A stretch of DNA of 41,653 nucleotides from Methanobacteriota archaeon (GTDB lineage: Archaea; JAADCQ01; Methanopyri; Methanopyrales; Methanopyraceae): positions 1-41,653 of the forward strand of contig JAMOPY010000009.1 in the NCBI GenBank assembly GCA_027064305.1, in the 5' to 3' direction. Below the pieces are notes generated by a model. That model was not told the DNA's origin. It was given only the letters and a program-made list of their open reading frames with translations, and did not search any database. The position numbers and the translations under genes are program-made. Positions 10,089 through 18,569 of this stretch are shown piece by piece; position 1 is the first letter of the stretch; every line of letters begins with the position of its first letter.

Positions 10089-11431
10089 TCGGAGGGTTGG
10101 GCGACCGTCTCTCCGCGCTCGTGGACAAGATCAAAGGCGCCCCGGTCATCGACGAGCGGCTCGTGAAGGAGGTCGTGCGGGACGTCCAGCGCGCGCTGCT
10201 CGAGGCGGACGTGGACGTGAAGCTCGTGATGGACCTCAGCAAGCGGATCGAGCGGCGGGCGCTGGAGGAGGAGCCGCCCGCCGGCGTGCCCAAGCGCGAC
10301 TACCTGCTGAGGATCGTGTACGAGGAGCTGGTTGACCTGCTGGGCGGTGAGGAGACGGAGGGGCTGGACGTCGATCCCTCCCGGGACGTCAACGTCATCA
10401 TGCTGGTCGGACTCTACGGCATGGGTAAGACCACCACGGCGGCCAAGCTGGCCCGGTACCTGCAGCGGAAGGGGTACAAGGTCGGGCTCGTCTGCGCGGA
10501 CCCGTACCGGCCCGCGGCGGACGAGCAGCTGCGGCAGCTGGCGGAGGAGATAGGCGCCCCCGTGCACACGGAGGACACCGACGACGCGGTGAAGATGGCC
10601 GAGCGGGGCGTGGAGGAGCTTAAGGACGAGTGCGACGTGATCATCATCGACACGGCGGGCCGGGACCGGCTGAGCGAGGACCTGATCGAGGAGCTCAAGG
10701 AGATCGCGGAACGGGTGGAGCCGCACGAGGTGCTGCTGGTGCTGGACGCCACGGTGGGCCAGAAGGCGGGCGACCACGCGGAGGCGTTCCACGAGGCGGT
10801 CCCGCTGACGGGCGTGATCCTGACCAAGCTCGACACGGCGGCGAAGGGCGGCGGTGCCCTCTCGGCCGTGGCCCGAACCGGCGCCCCGATCAAGTTCGTC
10901 GGCACGGGCGAGCGGCTGGACGACCTGGAGGAGTTCAACCCGAAGAGCTTCGTGGCCCGCCTGCTGGGCATCGGCGACATCGACGAGCTGCTGCGCCGCA
11001 CGGAGGAGATGATGGAGGAGGAAGAGAAGGAAGAGGACGTCCTGGAGGGCGAGTTCACGCTGAAGGACCTGTACGAGCAGCTGGAGGCGCTGAGCAAGAT
11101 GGGACCCGTGGACAAGCTGCTGCAGTTCGTTCCGGGGATGGGGGCGGGACGGCGAGCGCGCGAGCTGTCCAGGATCACGGAGGAGCGGTTGAAGAAGTAC
11201 AAAGTCATCATGGACTCCATGACCGAGAAGGAGCTGGAGAACCCGGAGATCATCAACAAATCCAGGATCCGGAGGATAGCCATCGGGTCCGGCACGTCTG
11301 AAAAGGACGTCGTAGAACTCTTAAACCACTACAGGATGATGAAGGAAGTCCTTGAAGACATACAAAGCGGCCGAATCCCGAGGATCGGAGGGGAACTCGG
11401 GAGGGTCATAAGAAACGTGCTAAGGGGGTAG
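10085..11431 (+). CDS. srp54: Signal recognition particle protein SRP54
   Basis: ALLEADV, GKTTT, DPYRPAA, DTAGR and TKLD, plus the M domain IMDSMT...SRIRRIAIGSG. Confidence 0.97.
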   Translation: MIGGLGDRLSALVDKIKGAPVIDERLVKEVVRDVQRALLEADVDVKLVMDLSKRIERRALEEEPPAGVPKRDYLLRIVYEELVDLLGGEETEGLDVDPSRDVNVIMLVGLYGMGKTTTAAKLARYLQRKGYKVGLVCADPYRPAADEQLRQLAEEIGAPVHTEDTDDAVKMAERGVEELKDECDVIIIDTAGRDRLSEDLIEELKEIAERVEPHEVLLVLDATVGQKAGDHAEAFHEAVPLTGVILTKLDTAAKGGGALSAVARTGAPIKFVGTGERLDDLEEFNPKSFVARLLGIGDIDELLRRTEEMMEEEEKEEDVLEGEFTLKDLYEQLEALSKMGPVDKLLQFVPGMGAGRRARELSRITEERLKKYKVIMDSMTEKELENPEIINKSRIRRIAIGSGTSEKDVVELLNHYRMMKEVLEDIQSGRIPRIGGELGRVIRNVLRG

Positions 11432-11440
11432 ATTAGGATT

Positions 11441-11881
11441 ATGGTGAAGAAGATCTCGGAGCTCTTCGTGATCGGCCTGCAGGAGGCGCTCTTCGAGACG
11501 CACGGCAAGATGGCGCTGGCCCTGAACCGGATCGCCGGCCGCGCCATGCTCGACTACCTGAAGGATCATGACATGCTGGAGGCCTCGGGGCACTCGACGG
11601 AGTCGCTGGCCCACGACATCCAGGAAATCATCGACACGCTGGACTCGGTCGAGAACGTGGAGGCCGAGGAGGAGGGCAACGAGATTCGAGTGAGGATCAT
11701 CGGATGCCCGTTCTCCGAGGCCAAGCAGGCGCTGCTGAGGCGCGACAAGATGCCGGTGGTCTGCCCGTTCGCCTCCTGCATACTGAAAATCACGGAGGAG
11801 ACGTTCGAGCAGCGGATGCGGATGAAGGAGATCAACGTGGACGAGGACCAGTGCGAGTTCGTGATGGAGAAGCTCGAGTAA
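11441..11881 (+). CDS. Stand-alone V4R / methanogen-output-domain-like small ligand-binding protein
   Basis: 146 aa with IRVRIIGCPF, VVCPF and terminal QCEFVM, the Cys pattern of the V4R-like fold. Confidence 0.6.
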   Translation: MVKKISELFVIGLQEALFETHGKMALALNRIAGRAMLDYLKDHDMLEASGHSTESLAHDIQEIIDTLDSVENVEAEEEGNEIRVRIIGCPFSEAKQALLRRDKMPVVCPFASCILKITEETFEQRMRMKEINVDEDQCEFVMEKLE

Positions 11882-12037
11882 CTGTGCCCCGCCCGACGGG
11901 ACCGGGGCGTCATCGTCGGGCGCCAGCCCGCCTCCGCCCGGTCGGGCCAGCGGGGCTCATCGCCCGTGTGCCCCGACCGTTGAACGGTGGCTCATCGGCG
12001 GCTCCGGCCACCTCCCCACCGCCTGCCGCGCCGGGGC
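11880..12037 (-). ncRNA. Two-hairpin box H/ACA(-like) guide sRNA
   Basis: Two GC-rich hairpins on the minus strand, each closed by a GCCCCG/CGGGGC basal stem followed by ACA (11969-11967, 11885-11883). Each has an apical GA...GAUGA K-loop or K-turn, and the upper stem sits 15-16 nt from ACA. Confidence 0.8.
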
Positions 12038-12079
12038 GGGCCCGCGCTCGGGCTCTCAGGAGCGTGACGGGGTGATGGT

Positions 12080-12937
12080 TTGCGTGGGACGGGTCGCGCC
12101 TACGCCGCCGGCACGGTCGTCAACGCCATTTCCGCCAAGAAGGGCTGCGCCTTCGCGCTGGATTTGAAGGTTACCGTCCGCGCCCGGGAGGCCGAGGAGG
12201 ACGCCGTTCGGACGGACGTGGAGGACACGTCGCTGGTCGAACGCTGCGTGGACGTGGTCCGCGAGCACGTCGACGCGGAGGACGCGCGCTTCCGGATCGA
12301 AATCGAGTCGGAGATCCCGGTGGCCGTGGGCCTGGCCAGCAGCAGCGCGGTCTCCAACGCCGTGGTCGAGGCCCTGCTTCGAGCCTTGGGGAGGGAGCCC
12401 GAGCCGCTGGAGGTCGTCCGCCTGGGGGTCGAGGCCAGCCTCCGGGCCGGGGTGACGGCGACGGGCGCGTACGACGACGCCTGCGCCTCCTTCCTGGGTG
12501 GGATCGTGCTCACGCTGAACGATGAGCGTAGGATCGTCGACGTGCGCGAGCCACCGTACGATCACGCGGTGGTCCTCCTCCCCGGCGGTCGCGTGGAGAC
12601 CCGGGAGGTGGACGTGGAGCGGTTGGAGCGCGTCGCCCCGGTGGCGGAGGCCGCCTTCGAGCGCGCGCTCGTCGGGGATTACCGTTCAGCCATGCTGATC
12701 AACTCGTCCGCGTACTGTCCGTTGCTCGGGCACGACCTGGACCCGGTGCTCGACGCGCTGGAGGCGGGCGCGTCGGCGGCCGGTCTCTCCGGCACGGGCC
12801 CGGCCTACGTGGCCCTGTGCGAGACGAGGTCCGACGCCGAGGCCGTGGAGGAGGCGTGGGAGGACGTCGGCAAAACGCTCCGGACGCGGGTCGTTGGTCT
12901 TGAGCGCGTTGGAGGGGCTCAGGCGCAAGATCGATGA
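12080..12937 (+). CDS. aroK: Archaeal shikimate kinase (GHMP family)
   Basis: GTVVNAI, IPVAVGLASSSA, TGAYDDA and AAGLSGTGP. Confidence 0.95.
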   Translation: MRGTGRAYAAGTVVNAISAKKGCAFALDLKVTVRAREAEEDAVRTDVEDTSLVERCVDVVREHVDAEDARFRIEIESEIPVAVGLASSSAVSNAVVEALLRALGREPEPLEVVRLGVEASLRAGVTATGAYDDACASFLGGIVLTLNDERRIVDVREPPYDHAVVLLPGGRVETREVDVERLERVAPVAEAAFERALVGDYRSAMLINSSAYCPLLGHDLDPVLDALEAGASAAGLSGTGPAYVALCETRSDAEAVEEAWEDVGKTLRTRVVGLERVGGAQAQDR

Positions 12938-13178
12938 CATCGATAGGGACCTGTTGGACGCCGTGATCCGGCGGCTGAAGGTGGCGGAGGAGATCGGTCG
13001 GGTGAAGGCCCGGGAGGGGCTGCCGCTGACGGATCGGGAGCGGGAGTCGGAGATTCGGAGGAGATGGAGGGAGAGGTTTAAAGCTGAGGGTCTGGATCCC
13101 GCCCTTGCGGACCTCATCCTCGACTCCCTGCTTGAGGCAAGCAAGCGGGTGCAGCGCGGGGTGATAGACGATGGGTAA
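12900..13178 (+). CDS. Chorismate mutase (AroQ class)
   Basis: LEGLRRKIDDIDRDL...RLKVAEEIGRVK...DRERE. Start is 12894, 12900 or 12909. Confidence 0.92.
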   Translation: MSALEGLRRKIDDIDRDLLDAVIRRLKVAEEIGRVKAREGLPLTDRERESEIRRRWRERFKAEGLDPALADLILDSLLEASKRVQRGVIDDG

Positions 13179-13380
13179 GGTGCGCCCCTCGTTCGTGAAG
13201 CGGCCGGCCCGCGAGATCGTGGAGAAGTACGAGGAGTACCTCACGACCGACTTCGAGCACAACAAGAAGGTCGTCGAGATCGTGGCGGAGCCCAAGACCA
13301 AGCGCCTGCGCAACCTGATCGCGGGCTACGTGACCCATCTGATGAGGCTGAAGGAGCGTCAGGAGGAGTCCGAGGAGTAG
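13171..13380 (+). CDS. rps17e: 30S ribosomal protein S17e
   Basis: MGKVRPSFVKR, DFEHNK and KRLRNLIAGYVT. Confidence 0.97.
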   Translation: MGKVRPSFVKRPAREIVEKYEEYLTTDFEHNKKVVEIVAEPKTKRLRNLIAGYVTHLMRLKERQEESEE

Positions 13381-13395
13381 CCGGGAGGTCACGCC

Positions 13396-14298
13396 TTGAC
13401 GGACGTGGACATCGAGGGCATCATCCCGGCTCTGATCACGCCGTTCACGGACGACCTGAAAGGGATCAACGAGGAGGGACTGCGCGAGAACGTCTCGAGG
13501 CTGATCGAGGCCGGCGTGCACGGGGTCGTGCCGGCCGGCACGACCGGGGAGTCCTCCACGCTGAGCCACGCGGAGCACCGGCGCGTGATCGAGGTGGTCG
13601 TGGACGAGGTGAACGGTCGGGTCCCCGTCATCGCCGGCGCGGGCTCCAACTCGACCCGGGAGGCCCTGGAGCTCTCCCGGTACGCGGAGGACGTGGGCGC
13701 CGACGCGATCCTGTCCGTGGTCCCGTACTACAACCGGCCCCCGCAGGAGGGCCTGTACCTCCACTTCTCCCGGATCGCCGAGGCGGTGGACTGCCCGATC
13801 ATCCTCTACAACGTGCCCTCCCGCACCGGTTGCTCCCTGGACCCGGAAACGGCCGCCAAGCTCGCGGAGGAGTACTCCAACATCGTGGGAGTGAAGGAGG
13901 CGAGCGGGAACCTGGACCTCGTTCAGCGCTTCGTGGAGGAAACGCCCGACGACTTCATCGTGCTGTCCGGCGTGGACGAGCTGAACCTGCCCATCCTGGC
14001 CGTGGGCGGCCGCGGCACGGTCTCCGTCACCGCCAACGTCGCCCCCGAGCTGATGGTCGAGATGTACGAGGCCTGGAAGCGGGGCGACCTGGAGCGGGCC
14101 CGGGAGCTCCACTACCGGCTGCTCCCGCTGCACCGGGCCCTGTTCACCGAGACGAACCCGATCCCCGTCAAGGCCGCGGCGGAGATGGTCGGGCTGTCCT
14201 CCAGCCCGCCCCGACCCCCGCTGAAGGAGGCCCGCGAGGACACCAAGGAGCTCCTGAGAAGGGTGCTGAAGGACCTGGGCCTGCTGGAGGGGGAGTAG
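13396..14298 (+). CDS. dapA: 4-hydroxy-tetrahydrodipicolinate synthase
   Basis: ALITPF, GTTGES, PYYNRP, LYNVPSRTG, GVKEASG and ETNPIPVK. Confidence 0.97.
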   Translation: MTDVDIEGIIPALITPFTDDLKGINEEGLRENVSRLIEAGVHGVVPAGTTGESSTLSHAEHRRVIEVVVDEVNGRVPVIAGAGSNSTREALELSRYAEDVGADAILSVVPYYNRPPQEGLYLHFSRIAEAVDCPIILYNVPSRTGCSLDPETAAKLAEEYSNIVGVKEASGNLDLVQRFVEETPDDFIVLSGVDELNLPILAVGGRGTVSVTANVAPELMVEMYEAWKRGDLERARELHYRLLPLHRALFTETNPIPVKAAAEMVGLSSSPPRPPLKEAREDTKELLRRVLKDLGLLEGE

Positions 14299-14301
14299 TC
14301 G

Positions 14302-15474
14302 CTGAACGCGAGGGAGATCCTGGACCGGTACCACATGGACGTGTACTCCCGGTTTCCGGTCACGCTCGTGAGGGGCGAGGGGGCCCGGGTCTGGGACGAT
14401 CAAGGGCGCGAGTACATCGACCTCGTGGCCGGGATCGCGGTGAACGTGCTCGGGCACTGCCACCCGGCCGTGGTGGAGGCGATCACCGAGCAGGCCTCCC
14501 GGCTGATTCACTGCTCCAACCTGTACTACAACGAGCCTCAGGCCGAGGCCGCCAAACTCCTCGCGGAGACGGCCCCGGGCGACCTCAACCGGGTCTTCTT
14601 CTGCAACTCGGGCACCGAGAGCATGGAGTGCGCGATCAAGCTGGCCCGGAAGTGCACGGGCCGCACGAAGTTCATCGCGTTCGAGCACGGCTTCCACGGG
14701 CGCACGCTGGGCGCCCTCTCGGCGACCTGGAAGCCCGAGTTCCGCGAGCCGTTCGAGCCCCTGGTGCCGGGGTTCGAGCACGTTCCGTACGGGGACCTGG
14801 ACGCGGTCGAGGAGGCGATCGACGAGGACACGGCCGGGGTGATCGTGGAACCGGTGCAGGGAGAGGGGGGCGTGCGCGTCCCGCCCGAGGGCTTCTTGCG
14901 GGGGCTCCGCGAGCTCTGCGACGAGTACGGGGCCCTGCTGATCGTGGACGAGGTGCAGACGGGCATGGGTAGGACGGGCCGGTTCTTCGCGTTCGAGCAC
15001 GAGGGGATCGTGCCGGACATCGTCTGCCTGGCCAAGGGACTGGGCGGCGGGGTCCCGGTCGGGGCGACGATCGCGCGGGAGGAGGTCGCGGAGGCGTTCG
15101 AGCCCGGGGATCACGGGTCCACGTTCGGGGGGAACCCGCTGGCGTGCGCCGCGGTGGTGGCAGCGGTCCGCACCGTGCTGGAGGAGAACCTGCCGGAGGC
15201 CGCGGCCCGGAAGGGTGAGAGGGCGCTGGAGCTGCTGTCGGAGGCGGAGGATCACGTCGTGGAGGTGCGGGGACGCGGCCTGATGATCGGGGTGGAGGTG
15301 GGCGACGGGGACCGGGCCGAGGAGATCGCCAGGGAGATGGTGGACCGGGGCGTGCTCGTGAACGTCACCTCCGGGGACGTGATCCGGCTGGTGCCGCCGC
15401 TGGTGATCACCGAGGAGGAGCTGGAGACCGCGCTCACGAGGCTCGTGGACGCGATCGCCGGGCGGTCGGGCTAG
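14302..15474 (+). CDS. argD: Acetylornithine aminotransferase, probable CTG start at 14302 (first ATG at 14335)
   Basis: GIAVNVLGH, NSGTES, FHGRT, EPVQGEGG, DEVQTG, LAKGLGGG and HGSTFGGNP. Confidence 0.95.
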   Translation: MNAREILDRYHMDVYSRFPVTLVRGEGARVWDDQGREYIDLVAGIAVNVLGHCHPAVVEAITEQASRLIHCSNLYYNEPQAEAAKLLAETAPGDLNRVFFCNSGTESMECAIKLARKCTGRTKFIAFEHGFHGRTLGALSATWKPEFREPFEPLVPGFEHVPYGDLDAVEEAIDEDTAGVIVEPVQGEGGVRVPPEGFLRGLRELCDEYGALLIVDEVQTGMGRTGRFFAFEHEGIVPDIVCLAKGLGGGVPVGATIAREEVAEAFEPGDHGSTFGGNPLACAAVVAAVRTVLEENLPEAAARKGERALELLSEAEDHVVEVRGRGLMIGVEVGDGDRAEEIAREMVDRGVLVNVTSGDVIRLVPPLVITEEELETALTRLVDAIAGRSG

Positions 15475-16172
15475 TCCAGGTAGTCCCGCAGCCACTTCAC
15501 CTCGTTCAACTTCTCCCCGATCCGGTCCCGGAGCAGCCCCTCCGGCTTCTCGTACCTGCGGTCGCACTCGTGGGTGCCCGTGGGCGTGTGCACGACGTCC
15601 ACGGGGACGTCGTGCTCCTCCATCGGGATCTCCCCGGCGGGCAGCACCTGCACGTCGTGCACGGTCGTGTGGACGGGCGTGTCCTCGTCCACCAGCCCCA
15701 GCTCGGCCAGAATGCCCCACTCCAGGTCGAAGTACCCGCCCCCCTTGCCCAGCCGGGCCCCGTCCGGCGCCACCGCCACGGAGCCGGCCACCACCAGGTC
15801 CGGGGCGGGCAGCTCGTCGGGCATGACCCGGCGGCCCTCCCGGAACGCGCCCCGGATCGTGGAGGCGCGGCGCGGGTCGCGCGGGTTCTCGATCACGAGG
15901 AACCCCTGACGCAGCCGCGGCGTGGGCATGATCAGCGTCTTACCGTCCCTCAGGGCCCGCTCCCGCACCGGCCGCTGGGGCGAGTCCGGGTTCACCTTGA
16001 TCACGTCCGCATCCTCGTACTCGTCGGTCGAGGTCAGCCGGCGGGCGGCGAGCTGAGCGCCCCGGAAGTTGGGGATCCGCCCCTCGACGGGGAAGGGTGG
16101 GGCGGCCTCCCCCGACTCCTCCAGCTCCCGCCACACCCGGCGGCGGATCCTGGCCTTCTCCACCTCCGACAT
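15471..16172 (-). CDS. 5-formyltetrahydrofolate cyclo-ligase family protein (archaeal paralog)
   Basis: GRIPNF, KVNPDSPQ, MPTPRL, RLGKGGGYFDLE and HDVPVD. Confidence 0.9.
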   Translation of the reverse strand: MSEVEKARIRRRVWRELEESGEAAPPFPVEGRIPNFRGAQLAARRLTSTDEYEDADVIKVNPDSPQRPVRERALRDGKTLIMPTPRLRQGFLVIENPRDPRRASTIRGAFREGRRVMPDELPAPDLVVAGSVAVAPDGARLGKGGGYFDLEWGILAELGLVDEDTPVHTTVHDVQVLPAGEIPMEEHDVPVDVVHTPTGTHECDRRYEKPEGLLRDRIGEKLNEVKWLRDYLD

Positions 16173-16176
16173 GGCC

Positions 16177-17940
16177 CTACACCACCCGCACCGAGTCCAG
16201 CTTCCTCGCGTTCCTACGGACCGCCCGGCGAACCTCCCGGGCCACCTCCTCCATCCGCCTCCTCGCCTCCTCGGGGGGCAGCTCGGAGATCTCCTCCATC
16301 CTGCGCTCGATACGACGGGTGAGCTCCACGCTCACCAGCTCGGGGATCCGCTCCTCCAGCACCTCGATCAACCGCTCCCCGCGCCGGGTGGGCTTCATGC
16401 CGCGGCCCGCCCGCTTCACGTACCCGCGGTCGAAGAGCTTTTTCACGATCTCCGCCCGGGTGGACTCCGTCCCGAGCCCCAGCTTCTTCATCTTCGCCAC
16501 CAGCCTGGACTGCGAGTACCGGGGCGGCAGCGGCTCCTTCCTGCGCTCGACCCGCACCCGGGCCCGCACCGTCTGCCCCCGTCGGGCGTCCGGCATCCTC
16601 CGCTCCTCCGGCCGGTCCCACGGGTAGACCGCGTACCAGCCCTCGGACTTCACCTCCTTCCCCTCCGCCACGAACTCAACGCCCGTGCCCGGATCGCGGG
16701 CTAGGATCCTCCACTCCACCACCTCCGCGTCCCGGGCGAGCGTGGCCAGGTACCGCCGGGTGATCAGGTCGTAGAGCCTCCAGGCCAGGGTTCCGAGCCG
16801 ATCCTTGACGCGCTTCCGCTCCCCGGTCGGGGTGATGGGCGGGTGAGCGCCGTCGTACTCCCGCCCGGACACCGGTTCGTCGCGTCGCCCGGCCCGGCGG
16901 AAGTCCGACATCGCGCCCGGGTGGGCCCGCTCCAGCCGGCGCAGGAGGGAGTCGTGATCGAAGGTGGGCGGGTACCGGTTCGTGGCCGTTCGGGGGTACG
17001 TGATCAGCCCCTCCTCGTAGAGCCGCTGGGCCGTGTCGAGGGTCTTCTTCGGTGAGATCCGCAGGATCCTGCCCGCGGCCCGCTGCAGGTCGGTGAGGTT
17101 GAACGGGGCGGGCGGGGTCACGCGCTTCCGCCGGCGTTCCACCCGCTCGATCCTCAGCTCCCGGATTCGACGCGCCAGCCGTCGGGCCCGCTCGGGATCG
17201 CGGAGCTTCTCCCGGGACTTCAGCCGCCCGAGGGGCGTGTCCGCGACGAGCACCCAGTAGTGTCGGCGCTTCTTCTTGGCCTCCTCACGCTCCCGCTCCC
17301 TTTTGACCACCAGCTTGAGGGTCGGCGTCTGAACGCGGCCCACCGAGACGATCCCGTCGCTGCCCTGGGAGAGCTTCCGGGTCAGCGGGATGCCGTAGAG
17401 CCAGTCGGCGATGGTGCGGGCGAGGGCGGAGTAGGCCATGCTTGGGTCCACGCGCTCGCCCCGAAGGGCCTCCTCGAGCGCCCGGAGGATGTCCCGACGG
17501 GTGTAGGCGGAGAACCGCATCCTCCGGGCCCGCTCGGGGTCGTCCAGCCTCCCGCGCTTCCGGAGCCAGACGAGCACCTCCCAGCCGATCAGCTCCCCTT
17601 CGGGGTCGTTGTCGGTGGCCACGATCACCCGGTTCGCCCGACCGCCCGCGTACCGGTCGACGGCCCGCTCCACCGCCCGCAGGAACCGGCGCTTCTCCCG
17701 GATCGGCCGGACGTCGAACTCCCGGGGATCGGGGAAGTAGTCGGGATGGTTGAACCCTGGGTCGTTCCGGGGCCACCACTCCAGCACGTGGCCGGAGAGG
17801 CAGGTAACGGCGAACCGGCGGCCGCGGTGGCGGGCGAATCCCAGGAGCCGCCGTCCGACCCACCGACCGCCGAGGAATCGGGTGATGGTGGCGGCCAGGC
17901 TGGGCTTCTCGGCCACGATCACCATCGTCTCGCCCGACAT
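16177..17940 (-). CDS. topA: Type IA DNA topoisomerase (archaeal Topo III-like), no C-terminal Zn ribbons
   Basis: AEKPS, GH, ATDNDPEGE (TOPRIM), GRVQTPTL, catalytic ITYPRT and GLGTESTR. Confidence 0.95.
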   Translation of the reverse strand: MSGETMVIVAEKPSLAATITRFLGGRWVGRRLLGFARHRGRRFAVTCLSGHVLEWWPRNDPGFNHPDYFPDPREFDVRPIREKRRFLRAVERAVDRYAGGRANRVIVATDNDPEGELIGWEVLVWLRKRGRLDDPERARRMRFSAYTRRDILRALEEALRGERVDPSMAYSALARTIADWLYGIPLTRKLSQGSDGIVSVGRVQTPTLKLVVKREREREEAKKKRRHYWVLVADTPLGRLKSREKLRDPERARRLARRIRELRIERVERRRKRVTPPAPFNLTDLQRAAGRILRISPKKTLDTAQRLYEEGLITYPRTATNRYPPTFDHDSLLRRLERAHPGAMSDFRRAGRRDEPVSGREYDGAHPPITPTGERKRVKDRLGTLAWRLYDLITRRYLATLARDAEVVEWRILARDPGTGVEFVAEGKEVKSEGWYAVYPWDRPEERRMPDARRGQTVRARVRVERRKEPLPPRYSQSRLVAKMKKLGLGTESTRAEIVKKLFDRGYVKRAGRGMKPTRRGERLIEVLEERIPELVSVELTRRIERRMEEISELPPEEARRRMEEVAREVRRAVRRNARKLDSVRVV

Positions 17941-18488
17941 GCCAGCAGGAGCCCCAGGACGATCGTCCCCGGGTGCGCGGGGGACGGGCTCCCTTCCCCG
18001 TCCTGGGCTCCGGCCGACGGCGCGCGCCGGACGAGCACCTGACAGTCGATCGAGTCGCTCCCGGCGGGCGATCTTAGGCTGATTCGGAGCCGGTGCGCGC
18101 CCGGGCGGACGTTCAGGGTGAGGGACTGCTGGAACAGCCCGTTGGCGTCCAGGCTTACGTCCCGCTGCAGCACCGTTCGGTCGTCGAGGGTCACGGAGAG
18201 GGTGCAGCGACTGGCGCGGTGGGGGGAGGCGACCGCCACGTTCAGGAGTGCGGGCCCCGAGAGCCGCACCTCCACGCGGTCGCGGACCCGGCGCCGGTGG
18301 GTGTCAGGGTCCACCCACGCGATCCTGGCGTAGTCCGACGGGGACTCCGCCTCCGGGGGCCCGAGGACGCAGTCCACGATCACGGGGTGGTCGTAGGGGA
18401 GCCTCTCGACGTCCTCCGGGGTCAGTACCTGGGCCGCGGTCGGGGTCAGGCAGAGGAGGAGCGCCGCGGTCGCCGCGAGGACTCTCAA
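17919..18488 (-). CDS. Secreted/cell-surface hypothetical protein with possible C-terminal anchor
   Basis: Signal peptide MRVLAATAALLLCLTPTAA, beta-rich body, and C-terminus SPSPAHPGTIVLGLLLACRARRW. Confidence 0.7.
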   Translation of the reverse strand: MRVLAATAALLLCLTPTAAQVLTPEDVERLPYDHPVIVDCVLGPPEAESPSDYARIAWVDPDTHRRRVRDRVEVRLSGPALLNVAVASPHRASRCTLSVTLDDRTVLQRDVSLDANGLFQQSLTLNVRPGAHRLRISLRSPAGSDSIDCQVLVRRAPSAGAQDGEGSPSPAHPGTIVLGLLLACRARRW

Positions 18489-18569
18489 GGCGTCAACCCC
18501 TGGTCCGGGCTCGCCCGTCCCGGAGGAACTATTTAGGGAGTTTCCGCAGACCGGGCTGGGGCCGGATCG

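Noticed and set aside
11882-12079. Possible SRP (7S) RNA near srp54/ftsY
   Set aside because: Too short, no helix-8 motif, and better explained by the H/ACA architecture.
12894-12937. aroK/chorismate mutase overlap as a frameshifted fusion
   Set aside because: Both proteins look complete, no slippery sequence is present, and short overlaps are common in this window.
13114-15720. 868-aa minus-strand ORF and similar long ORFs (2214-3722, 26246-27718, 28017-29279, 34417-36396)
   Set aside because: Antisense or off-frame shadows of well-supported genes. High GC3 suppresses stop codons and the products have no motifs.
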